Translations under genes and position numbers: made by a program
Assembly: GCA_910587255.1 (NCBI GenBank)
Contig: CAJUKT010000073.1
Location: 5,700-69,699 of the forward strand
Direction of reading: 5' to 3'
From: an uncultured Oscillospiraceae bacterium
Lineage (GTDB): Bacteria > Bacillota > Clostridia > Oscillospirales > Oscillospiraceae
Length of the DNA stretch: 64,000 nucleotides
The notes under the pieces: model-generated
Told to the model about the DNA's origin: nothing
Databases searched by the model: none
Seen by the model: only the letters and a program-made list of their open reading frames with translations
Part shown: positions 17,598-26,198 of the stretch, one piece after another
Layout: each line of letters opens with the position of its first letter
How positions within the stretch are numbered: position 1 is the stretch's first letter

Positions 17598-19433
17598 ATG
17601 GGTCCCGAACAGCTGAATACCCTCACCGACATTCAGGCAAAGCTGCTGTGCGACCAGCTGCGGGGGCAGATCATCTCCAGCGTGTCCCGCACCGGGGGGC
17701 ATCTGGCCTCCAGCCTGGGGGTGGTGGAGGCCACGGTGGCGGTCCACCGGGTATTCAATCTGGAGACAGACCGGCTGGTGTTCGACGTGGGCCACCAGTG
17801 CTATGCCCACAAGATTTTGACCCAGCGGGGGGATCAGATGGGCACCCTGCGCAAGCTGGGGGGGCTGTCCGGATTCCCCAAGCCCCGGGAGCACCGCGCG
17901 GACGCCTTTATCGCCGGACATGCCTCCAACGCGGTGTCGGTGGCCCTGGGGATGGCCCGGGCCAGGACGCTGAGCGGGGAGGATTATTCCGTGCTGGCCA
18001 TGCTGGGGGACGGGGCCATGACCGGCGGGCTCGCCTATGAGGGGCTGTCCGACGCCGGGCAGAGCAGGGAGCAGCTGGTGGTCATCCTCAACGACAACGG
18101 GATGTCCATCACCAAAAATGTGGGCGGGGTGGCGCAGCACCTGGCCCAGCAGCGGCTCAAGCCCCAGTACCTGCAATTCAAAAAGTTCTATCGCAGGGTC
18201 ACGGGCGCCACGGCGGTGGGCCGGGGCCTGTACCGCTTTACCCACAGGGCCAAGCAGGCGGTGAAAAACGCCGTGCTCCATTGCAGTATGTTCGAGGACA
18301 TGGGCTTTACTTACCTGGGGCCGGTGGACGGACATGATGTGAACTACCTCACCCGGCTGCTGCGGTACGCCAAGGAGCTGAACAGCCCGGTGCTGCTCCA
18401 CATCAAGACCATCAAGGGGAAGGGGTATGCCCCGGCGGAGAGGGAGCCGGACCGTTTCCACGGGGTTGGGCCCTTCCGGGTGGAGGACGGCGCGCCCCTG
18501 AGCCCCGGCGGGGAGAGCTTCTCCTGCGTGTTTGGGGACGCCCTGTGCCGGCTGGCCCGGGAGCGGGACGATGTGGCCGCCATCACCGCCGCCATGCCCG
18601 ACGGCACGGGGCTGACGGGCTTTGCCAGGGAGTTTCCCAGCCGCTTTTTTGATGTGGGTATCGCCGAAGGGCACGCGGTTTCCATGGCCGCGGGGATGGC
18701 CAAGCAACGCATGATCCCGGTGGCGGCCATCTACTCCACCTTTTTGCAGCGCGCCTACGATATGCTGATTCATGACGTGGCCATTCAAAACCTCCATGTG
18801 GTTTTCGGCGTGGACCGGGCCGGGCTGTCCGGCGAGGACGGGGAGACCCACCACGGCGTATTCGACATAGCCTACCTGAGCTCCGTGCCCGGAATGAAGA
18901 TCTACTGCCCCGCCAGCTTTGAGGAGCTGCGCGCCATGCTGCGCTACGCGGTGGAGAAGGTGCGGGGCCCGGTGGCGGTGCGCTATCCCAGGGGGGGCGA
19001 GGGGAAGTTCCGCGCCCTGTGCGGTATTGAGGGGGCCAGCGTCATCCGCCCGGGCACGGACGTGACCATCGCCGCCTATGGGACGATGGTGAACGAGGCG
19101 GTGGAGGCCGCCCGGCTTCTGGAGGAAAAGGGGAGGTCCGCCCAGGTGGTGAAGCTCAACAGCATTTCCCCCCTGGACGTGGACACCGTGGCCGCCTGTG
19201 CGAAAAAGACCGGGCGGCTGGTGGTAGCGGAAGAATGCGTGGACGCGGGATGCGTGGGGCGGCGGCTGGCCGCCGAGTTGGCGCTCCGGGGCGTGGCTGG
19301 GCTCAAACTGGCCTTGGTGAACCTGGGGGACCGTTTTGTCCGGCAGGGTACCGTGGCGGAGCTGCGTGCCCTGTGCGGTATTGACGGGGCGTCCATCGCC
19401 CGGCGGGCGGCGGAGGTGATGGACGGTGGCTAA
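17598..19433 (+). CDS. dxs: 1-deoxy-D-xylulose-5-phosphate synthase
   Basis: TGGHLASSLGVVE and the TPP motif GDGAMTGGLAYEG. The start is at ATG 17598, after GGAGAGGAGG. Confidence 0.93.
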   Translation: MGPEQLNTLTDIQAKLLCDQLRGQIISSVSRTGGHLASSLGVVEATVAVHRVFNLETDRLVFDVGHQCYAHKILTQRGDQMGTLRKLGGLSGFPKPREHRADAFIAGHASNAVSVALGMARARTLSGEDYSVLAMLGDGAMTGGLAYEGLSDAGQSREQLVVILNDNGMSITKNVGGVAQHLAQQRLKPQYLQFKKFYRRVTGATAVGRGLYRFTHRAKQAVKNAVLHCSMFEDMGFTYLGPVDGHDVNYLTRLLRYAKELNSPVLLHIKTIKGKGYAPAEREPDRFHGVGPFRVEDGAPLSPGGESFSCVFGDALCRLARERDDVAAITAAMPDGTGLTGFAREFPSRFFDVGIAEGHAVSMAAGMAKQRMIPVAAIYSTFLQRAYDMLIHDVAIQNLHVVFGVDRAGLSGEDGETHHGVFDIAYLSSVPGMKIYCPASFEELRAMLRYAVEKVRGPVAVRYPRGGEGKFRALCGIEGASVIRPGTDVTIAAYGTMVNEAVEAARLLEEKGRSAQVVKLNSISPLDVDTVAACAKKTGRLVVAEECVDAGCVGRRLAAELALRGVAGLKLALVNLGDRFVRQGTVAELRALCGIDGASIARRAAEVMDGG

Positions 19434-20223
19434 AAAGCGCGTGGATCTGCTTCTGGTGGAGCGGGGACTGGCGGACACTCGCCAGAAGGCCCAGGCCGTC
19501 ATCATGGCTGGACAGGTGTACACCGGGGAGCGCCGCTGCGACAAGCCGGGCCTCACCTTGGAGGAGGACGCCCCCCTGGAGGTTCGGGGAGGGCTGCGCT
19601 ATGTCAGCCGGGGTGGGCTGAAGCTGGAAAAGGCCATGGAGGTTTTTCCCATCACCCTGACCGGCTGTACCGCCGCCGACATCGGTGCGTCCACCGGCGG
19701 CTTTACAGACTGTATGCTGCAAAACGGGGCGAACCGGGTATACGCCGTGGACGTGGGCTATGGCCAGCTGGCCTGGTCCATCCGAAACGACCCCAGGGTG
19801 GTGTGCCTGGAGCGCACCAACGCCCGGTATTTGACCCGTGAGCAGATCCCCGAGCCGCTGGGCTTTGCCTCCATTGACGTGTCCTTCATCTCTTTAGGGC
19901 TGATTCTCCCTGCCCTGCGGCCGCTGATGGCCCAGGGCGGACAGGTGGCCGCCCTGGTGAAGCCCCAGTTTGAGGCCGGCAGGGAGAAGGTGGGTAAAAA
20001 GGGGGTGGTCCGGGACCAGGCCGTCCATTTAGAGGTGCTGGAGCACTTTCTGGACCACGCGGCCCAGGCGGATTTTGCGGTGCTGGGGCTGGACTTCTCG
20101 CCCATTCGGGGGCCGGAAGGGAATATTGAGTACCTGGGCTTCCTCCAGGCGGGGGCGGGGGAGCGGGCCGCGCTGGACCTGAGGGAATTGGTGGAACGCT
20201 CACACCAGGCGCTGAAAGGGTGA
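19426..20223 (+). CDS. tlyA: TlyA-family rRNA 2'-O-methyltransferase
   Basis: S4-like N-terminus KKRVDLLLVERGL and the SAM motif DIGASTGGFTD. GTG start overlaps the dxs end. Confidence 0.88.
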   Translation: MAKKRVDLLLVERGLADTRQKAQAVIMAGQVYTGERRCDKPGLTLEEDAPLEVRGGLRYVSRGGLKLEKAMEVFPITLTGCTAADIGASTGGFTDCMLQNGANRVYAVDVGYGQLAWSIRNDPRVVCLERTNARYLTREQIPEPLGFASIDVSFISLGLILPALRPLMAQGGQVAALVKPQFEAGREKVGKKGVVRDQAVHLEVLEHFLDHAAQADFAVLGLDFSPIRGPEGNIEYLGFLQAGAGERAALDLRELVERSHQALKG

Positions 20224-20230
20224 GGGAAGC

Positions 20231-21097
20231 ATGAAAATCGTACTCAGTCCCAATCCCTTCCGGGACCGGGGGCTCCGGGCCGCCCAAGCCGCCCAGCGCA
20301 TTTTGGAGAACGCCGGGGCGTCCACCGCCATCTGCCTGCCCTTTGAGGTGGAGCAGGGGGGACGGCTGGAACTGCCCTCCAATGTGGCCTTGGGCAATTT
20401 GGAGGCGGAGCTGTCCGACGCGGACATTTTGACATGCTTCGGCGGGGACGGCACCATCCTCCACGCCGCCCATGAGGCCAACGCCAGAGGCATCCCGGTG
20501 CTGGGCATCAATCTGGGCAGCATCGGCTTCATGGCGGAGCTGGAGCACAACGAGCTGTCCCTGCTGACCCGGCTGGCCGGGGGGCGGTTCAGCATTGAGC
20601 GCAGAATGATGCTGGACGTATCCGTACGCAGGGAGGGGCACAGCGTTTTTACCGAGCAGGCGCTCAACGACGCAGTGGTTACCAAGGGCGCGGTGGCCAG
20701 GGTGCTGGATCTGGAGGTGACGGGGGACCGGGCGGTTATCTCGTCCTTTGCCGGGGACGGGCTGGTGGTGTCCACCCCCACCGGCTCCACCGCCTACTCC
20801 ATGGCGGCTGGGGGGCCCATCGTGGAGCCCACGGCGGAGAACATCATCATCACGCCCATCTGCGGCCATTCCCTGCACGCCAAGCCCTTTGTGCTGGGTG
20901 CGGGCCGGTCGGTGGGCGTACGGCTGACGCCGGGGGGCAAAAAGACGGCTTACCTGTCGGTGGACGGGGGAAGGGCCTTCCGCATTCAGCCCGGGGACTG
21001 GGTGGAGTGCCGGCGCTCCAAGCAGGCCACCCAGCTGGTGAAGCTCACCGGGCGCAGCTTTTACGAGCGGATCAATCAAAAACTGGGAAAGGCGTGA
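20231..21097 (+). CDS. nadK: NAD kinase
   Basis: GGDGT motif (CFGGDGTILHAA) and NDAVV...STPTGSTAYS. Confidence 0.92.
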   Translation: MKIVLSPNPFRDRGLRAAQAAQRILENAGASTAICLPFEVEQGGRLELPSNVALGNLEAELSDADILTCFGGDGTILHAAHEANARGIPVLGINLGSIGFMAELEHNELSLLTRLAGGRFSIERRMMLDVSVRREGHSVFTEQALNDAVVTKGAVARVLDLEVTGDRAVISSFAGDGLVVSTPTGSTAYSMAAGGPIVEPTAENIIITPICGHSLHAKPFVLGAGRSVGVRLTPGGKKTAYLSVDGGRAFRIQPGDWVECRRSKQATQLVKLTGRSFYERINQKLGKA

Positions 21098-21561
21098 GGG
21101 ATTTGAAGGGCAGGCGTCAGGCGGAGATCCTGCGGATCATCCGGGAGCAGGATGTGGAAACCCAGGAACAGATGCTGAACCAGCTGGGCCGGCGGGGAAT
21201 CCGGGCCACCCAGGCCACCATTTCCCGGGACATCAAGGAGCTCAATCTGGTCAAGCAGCCGGGGAGGGACGGGAACTACCGCTACGTGTGCCCTGCCCCC
21301 AAGCCGGCGGAGCACAGCTTTGCCGGGCGGCTGAAAAACATCTTTAAAGAGGGGGTGGCCTCCTGCGAGGCGGCCCAGAACATTGTGGTGGTCAAGACCA
21401 TGCCCGGGCTGGCCCCCGCGGCGGCGGCGGCTCTGGACGGCATGGAGCTGGAGGGCTTTGTGGGCTCGCTGGCGGGGGACGACACCGCCATTCTCATCAT
21501 GCGCACCAGCCGGGTGGCGGAGGAGCTGACCCGGGAAATCGAATCCATGCTGGAGGGGTGA
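21094..21561 (+). CDS. argR: Arginine repressor
   Basis: RRQAEILRIIREQDVETQEQMLNQL...ATISRDIKEL winged helix and a C-terminal GSLAGDDTAILIM. Start is GTG 21094 or TTG 21103. Confidence 0.88.
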   Translation: MRDLKGRRQAEILRIIREQDVETQEQMLNQLGRRGIRATQATISRDIKELNLVKQPGRDGNYRYVCPAPKPAEHSFAGRLKNIFKEGVASCEAAQNIVVVKTMPGLAPAAAAALDGMELEGFVGSLAGDDTAILIMRTSRVAEELTREIESMLEG

Positions 21562-21567
21562 GGTTAC

Positions 21568-23268
21568 GTGCTCAGTTTGCTGCATATTGAGAATATCGCG
21601 GTGATCTCCCAGGCGGACATCACCTTTGACCAGGGGTTTAACGTCCTCACCGGCGAGACCGGCGCGGGCAAATCCATCGTCATCGACTCCATCGGCGCCA
21701 TCATGGGGGAGCGCACCAGCCGGGATCTGATCCGAACGGGGGCGAAATCCGCCCGGGTGTCCGCCCTGTTCCGGGATCTGCCTGCCCTGCCCTGGTTTGA
21801 GGAGCAGGGGATGGGTCCGGACAAAAACGGGGAGCTGCTCATTGAGCGGTCCATCCAGGCGGACGGGAAAAACGCCTGCCGGGTGAACGGCCGGCCCCTG
21901 CTGGTTACACAGCTGCGGGAGCTGGGCCAGCAGCTGGTGAACGTCCATGGGCAGCATGACGGCCAGCAGCTGCTGGACGAGGAGTGCCACCTGGGCTACC
22001 TGGACAGCTTCGGGGGGACACAGGACGTTCTGGAGGCATTTTCCACAGCCTATGCCCAGGTGCGGGAGCTGCGCCGGGAGCGGGATAAGCTCCAGATGGA
22101 CGATGGGGAGAAGGCCCGGCGGATGGACACCCTTACCTACCAGATTGAGGAGCTGGAAAAGGCGGAGCTGCGGGAGGGAGAGGACGAGGAGCTCTCCCAG
22201 CGCAGGGAGGTGCTGCGCAACGCCGAGCGGCTCACCGATGCGGTGGACGGGGCCTGGCAGGCCCTCACCGGCGGGGAGGACGGCGAGGGGGCGGTGTCGC
22301 TGCTGATGGAGGCGGGGAACCGCCTGGCCCAGGGGGGGCGGTACAGCGAAGGGCTGCGGGAGCTCTCGGAAAAAGCGGAGCAGCTGCGCTGCGATGCCGA
22401 CGACCTGGCGGAGCTGGTGCGGGATCTGCGGGGAACGCTGGACTTCTACCCCGGTGAGCTGGACGAGATTGAGGAGCGGCTGGACCGGCTGTACCGGCTG
22501 AAAAAGAAGTATGGTGGCACGGTGGCGGAGATGCTGGCCTACCTGGATAGGTGCCGGGAGGAGCTGGACGCCATCCAGTTTTCCGAGGATCGGATAAACC
22601 GGCTGGACAAGGAGCTGGAAAAAGCGCTGGCCTGGGCGGTCAAGGCGGGGGGGGAGCTGTCCGCCCGGCGGCATAAGGCGGCACAGGAGCTGGCAAAGCG
22701 CATCCAGTCGGAGCTGACCCAGCTGGACATGCCCAAGGTGCGCTTCCAGGTGGAGTTTGCCCCCAAGGACGCTCCCGACGGCATGGACGCCACCGGCATG
22801 GACACGGTGCGCTTCCTCATGTCCGCCAACCTGGGAGAGGCGCTCAAGCCCATCAACAGGATTGCCTCGGGCGGCGAGCTGTCCCGGATCATGCTGGCGC
22901 TGAAAAATGTGCTGGCGGAGACGGAGCAGGTGAGCACCCTCATTTTCGACGAGGTGGATACCGGCGTGTCCGGCCGGGCGGCGGTGAAGGTGGCCCGGAA
23001 GCTGTTCGAGGTGTCCAAGGGCCGGCAGGTGCTGTGCGTCACCCACCTGCCCCAGATTGCCGCCATGGGGGACGTGCACTTCTCCGTGGAGAAGGGGGAG
23101 GCCGACGGGCGCACCTTCACCCGGGTGGAGCGGCTGGACCGCCCCCGGCGCAGGGAGGAGCTGGCACGGCTCAGCGGCGGCCAGGCCACGGCGGTGATGC
23201 TGGAGGGGGCCGAGGAGCTGCTGGCCACAGCCCAAGATTACAAGACGGGAGCCAAGAAGAAACGATGA
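21568..23268 (+). CDS. recN: DNA repair protein RecN
   Basis: LLHIENIAVI...GETGAGKS Walker A, a long coiled coil, and C-terminal ASGGELSRIMLA...FDEVDTG. Confidence 0.93.
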   Translation: MLSLLHIENIAVISQADITFDQGFNVLTGETGAGKSIVIDSIGAIMGERTSRDLIRTGAKSARVSALFRDLPALPWFEEQGMGPDKNGELLIERSIQADGKNACRVNGRPLLVTQLRELGQQLVNVHGQHDGQQLLDEECHLGYLDSFGGTQDVLEAFSTAYAQVRELRRERDKLQMDDGEKARRMDTLTYQIEELEKAELREGEDEELSQRREVLRNAERLTDAVDGAWQALTGGEDGEGAVSLLMEAGNRLAQGGRYSEGLRELSEKAEQLRCDADDLAELVRDLRGTLDFYPGELDEIEERLDRLYRLKKKYGGTVAEMLAYLDRCREELDAIQFSEDRINRLDKELEKALAWAVKAGGELSARRHKAAQELAKRIQSELTQLDMPKVRFQVEFAPKDAPDGMDATGMDTVRFLMSANLGEALKPINRIASGGELSRIMLALKNVLAETEQVSTLIFDEVDTGVSGRAAVKVARKLFEVSKGRQVLCVTHLPQIAAMGDVHFSVEKGEADGRTFTRVERLDRPRRREELARLSGGQATAVMLEGAEELLATAQDYKTGAKKKR

Positions 23269-24056
23269 TCAAAGCGGTATTTTTCGATATAGACGGGACG
23301 CTGGTGTCCTTTGCCCAGAAGTTTCTGCCCGACGGGCTGATGGCAGACCTGAACGCCCTGCGGGAACGGGGAATCAAAACCTTCCTCAGCACAGGCCGGG
23401 CGTTGCAGGATTTGGAGACCACCGGGATGCTCCGGGGGGCGCGGTTTGACGGCTATGTGACCATCAACGGGCAGTTCTGCTGCGACGGAGAGGGCGTTCC
23501 CTTCCGGGATCGGCCCATTGACCTGGCGGACATGCGGGGCGCCTATCAGGTGCTGCGCAGCAACCCTGAGATTCCCGCTCTGCTGGAGGGGAACGGGGAG
23601 AGCTATCTCACCCAGATTAACGACCGGGTGCGGGATATCTATCGATTTCTCCATACCACGCTCTACCCGGTGTGTCCGCTGGAGTGGATGCTGGAGGGGA
23701 AGGTATACCAGTTTGTCCCCTTCGTCCCGCCAAACGAAGAGGGGGCGTTTCTGGATGCCATGCCGGGCTGCACCTATACCCGCTGGCACCCCCTGGGCAT
23801 CGACGTGATCCCCAGGGACGGCGGCAAGGACGTGGGCATCCGGGCGGCCATGGAGCGCTATGGCTTGGCCCCGGAGGAGGTCATGGCTTTCGGCGACGGG
23901 GAGAACGACATGACCATGCTGGCGCTGGCCGGGACTGGAGTGGCCATGGGCAATGGAGACGAGGCGGTAAAGGCCATGGCGGATTATGTCACCGACACGG
24001 TGGACAACGGCGGCGTGTCCAAGGCGCTGCGGCACTTCGGGCTGCTGCCGGAATAA
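23265..24056 (+). CDS. Cof-type HAD-IIB hydrolase
   Basis: MIKAVFFDIDGTLV... and a C-terminal GDGENDMTML. The ATG overlaps the recN stop. Confidence 0.85.
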   Translation: MIKAVFFDIDGTLVSFAQKFLPDGLMADLNALRERGIKTFLSTGRALQDLETTGMLRGARFDGYVTINGQFCCDGEGVPFRDRPIDLADMRGAYQVLRSNPEIPALLEGNGESYLTQINDRVRDIYRFLHTTLYPVCPLEWMLEGKVYQFVPFVPPNEEGAFLDAMPGCTYTRWHPLGIDVIPRDGGKDVGIRAAMERYGLAPEEVMAFGDGENDMTMLALAGTGVAMGNGDEAVKAMADYVTDTVDNGGVSKALRHFGLLPE

Positions 24057-24061
24057 ATAAT

Positions 24062-24090
24062 TTGACAAAGCGTGTTTGCTGTGATATGAT
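24062..24090 (+). promoter_or_regulatory. Sigma-A promoter of the T-box leader
   Basis: TTGACA (24062-24067), a 17-nt spacer and TGaTATGAT, an extended -10 (24082-24090). Confidence 0.7.
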
Positions 24091-24094
24091 CCTA

Positions 24095-24362
24095 ATCAAC
24101 GTAAGGATGAGGACCAGTAGCCAACAGGTTTTCTGCCCAGAGAGCCCCCGTTTTGGTGGAAGGGGGACAGAAACGGTTGGCGAATACCCCTCGGAGCGGC
24201 CGCCTGAACGGGAGTTTCCCCAGTAGGGCCGGACGGGTGCGCCCGGTACAGCGCCGGGGTCCTGCTGGGGACTCCCTGAGGCCGTCTCTGCGAGGGGACG
24301 GCAAAACAGAGGTGGTACCGCGAGCTTTCGCCCTCTGTCCCAAAGGGACAGGGGGTGATTTT
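24095..24362 (+). promoter_or_regulatory. T-box leader (tRNA-Tyr specifier UAC) with terminator
   Basis: Stem I elements are GATGAG, AGTA, AGAGAG and the distal GGTGGAAG. The specifier context is GAA-TAC-C near 24183-24189. The T-box sequence is AGAGGTGGTACCGCGAG (24307-24323). The terminator is CCCTCTGTCCC-aaa-GGGACAGGGGG followed by TGATTTTGATT (24331-24365). Confidence 0.9.
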
Positions 24363-24831
24363 GATTAAGGGCGAAATACAATTGAAAAAGGTTCCGCTGG
24401 AAGAGGCGCAGCAGTTTTGGCAGATGCAGAGGCTGGCTTTTTCGGAGCTGCTGGAAAGGTATCAAGATACGCAGACCAACCCGGCCTGTGAAACGCTGGA
24501 ACGCGTGCGAAGCAAAATGGCGCAGCCGGGCTCCTTCTTTTACTGGATCAAATGGGGAGAAGAACCAGTTGGAGGTATTCGAATCGTTGCTCGAGAGAAT
24601 GAAAGCAAACGAATTTCTCCGCTGTTCGTTCTGCCGGAATACCGCAACCGGGGGATGGCTCAGCAGGCGATCAGGCTGGCAGAGGAGCTGTACGGGGGCG
24701 AAAACTGGGAGCTGGATACGATCCAGCAAGAAAAGGGGAACTGCCATCTGTATGAAAAGGCGGGCTACCGCCCAACTGGGGAGACGCGAGAGATCAATCA
24801 TAAAATGACATTGATATATTATAAAAAATAA
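24355..24831 (+). CDS. GNAT-family N-acetyltransferase
   Basis: 158-aa ORF with ...VGGIRIVARENESKRISPLFVLPEYRNRGMAQQAIRLAEE (GNAT motif A). The start is uncertain (GTG 24355 or TTG 24361). G+C is noticeably lower than in the flanks (28/60 in the first 60 nt). Confidence 0.75.
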   Translation: MILIKGEIQLKKVPLEEAQQFWQMQRLAFSELLERYQDTQTNPACETLERVRSKMAQPGSFFYWIKWGEEPVGGIRIVARENESKRISPLFVLPEYRNRGMAQQAIRLAEELYGGENWELDTIQQEKGNCHLYEKAGYRPTGETREINHKMTLIYYKK

Positions 24832-24844
24832 AGGAGAACTGATC

Positions 24845-26077
24845 ATGACGCTTTACGACGAACTTGTGGCCCGGGGCCTGGTGGCCCAGGTCACCAGCGA
24901 GGACGAGGTGAAAAACCTCATCAACAACGGCAAGGCCACCTTTTATATCGGCTACGACTGCACGGCGGACAGCCTGACGGCGGGGCATTTTGTGACCCTG
25001 ACGCTGATGAAGCGGCTCCAGCAGGCGGGAAATAAGCCCATCGCCCTCATCGGCGGGGGCACCACCACCATCGGCGACCCCTCCGGCCGCACCGACATGC
25101 GCAAGATGCTCTCCCGGGAGGACATCGACCACAACGCCCAGTGCTTCAAGCGCCAGATGGAGCGGTTTATCGACTTTGGCGACGGCCCCGGACAGGCCAT
25201 GATGCTCAATAACGCCGACTGGCTGCTCAGCCTCAACTATGTGGACCTGCTGCGGGAGGTGGGGGCCTGCTTCTCGGTGAACAACATGCTCCGGGCGGAC
25301 TGCTACAAGCAGCGCATGGAAAAGGGGCTGTCCTTCCTGGAGTTCAACTATATGATCATGCAGTCCTACGACTTTTACCACATGTTCCAGACGGTGGGTT
25401 GCAACCTCCAGTGCGGCGGCAACGACCAGTGGAGCAATATGCTGGGAGGGACCGAGCTCATCCGGCGCAAGCTGGGGAAGGATTCCCACTGTATGACCAT
25501 CAACCTGCTCACCGATTCCCAGGGGAACAAGATGGGCAAGACGGCAGGCAACGCGGTGTGGCTGGACCCCAACAGGACCAGCCCCTATGACTTCTACCAG
25601 TACTGGCGCAACGTGGGGGACGCGGACGTGATGAAGTGCGTGCGCTGGCTCACCTTCCTCCCCCTGGAGCAGATCGATGAGATGGATCAGTGGAAGGACG
25701 CCCAGCTCAACCAGGCTAAGGAGATCCTCGCCTGGGAGCTGACCAGCATGGTTCACGGCAGGGAGGAGGCGGATAAGGCCCAGGCCGCCGCCCGGGCGCT
25801 CTTCTCCAGCGGCGGGGACGCGGCCGATATGCCGTCCACCGCGCTGTCCGGGGATGATTTCACCGGCGGCTCCATCGGTGCGCTGACACTGCTGGTAAAG
25901 TGTGGTCTGGCGGGCTCCAACGGTGAGGCCCGGCGACTGGTGCAGCAGGGGGGCGTGATGGTGGCGGATGAGAAGGTGTCCGACCCCGCCGCCCAGTTCC
26001 CGAAGGAGCGCTTTGCCGGGGAGGGCGTCATCATCAAAAAGGGCAAAAAGGTATTTCACCGGGCGGTGCTGGCGTAA
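24845..26077 (+). CDS. tyrS: Tyrosine--tRNA ligase
   Basis: MTLYDELVARGLVAQVT..., a HIGH-type motif (LTAGHF), a KMSKS-type motif (KMGKT) and a C-terminal S4 domain. Confidence 0.95.
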   Translation: MTLYDELVARGLVAQVTSEDEVKNLINNGKATFYIGYDCTADSLTAGHFVTLTLMKRLQQAGNKPIALIGGGTTTIGDPSGRTDMRKMLSREDIDHNAQCFKRQMERFIDFGDGPGQAMMLNNADWLLSLNYVDLLREVGACFSVNNMLRADCYKQRMEKGLSFLEFNYMIMQSYDFYHMFQTVGCNLQCGGNDQWSNMLGGTELIRRKLGKDSHCMTINLLTDSQGNKMGKTAGNAVWLDPNRTSPYDFYQYWRNVGDADVMKCVRWLTFLPLEQIDEMDQWKDAQLNQAKEILAWELTSMVHGREEADKAQAAARALFSSGGDAADMPSTALSGDDFTGGSIGALTLLVKCGLAGSNGEARRLVQQGGVMVADEKVSDPAAQFPKERFAGEGVIIKKGKKVFHRAVLA

Positions 26078-26165
26078 GAAGCTGTACCAATAGCCTCAGC
26101 ACCCAGCTTTGCGTCCAAAATTGCCGCCGGCCGCGTTGAAAAATCTTGAAATACACTTGGAATCC
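26078..26165 (+). repeat. MITE-like family A, truncated half copy
   Basis: GAAGCTGTACCAATAGCCTCAGCACCCAGCTTTGCGTCCAAAATTGCCGCCGGCCGCGTTGAAAAATCTTGAAATACAC matches the left half of 33428-33588. It starts immediately after the tyrS TAA. Confidence 0.75.
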
Positions 26166-26198
26166 TTATTCCGCAAAGGACCAGGGGAGGAATGGCAC

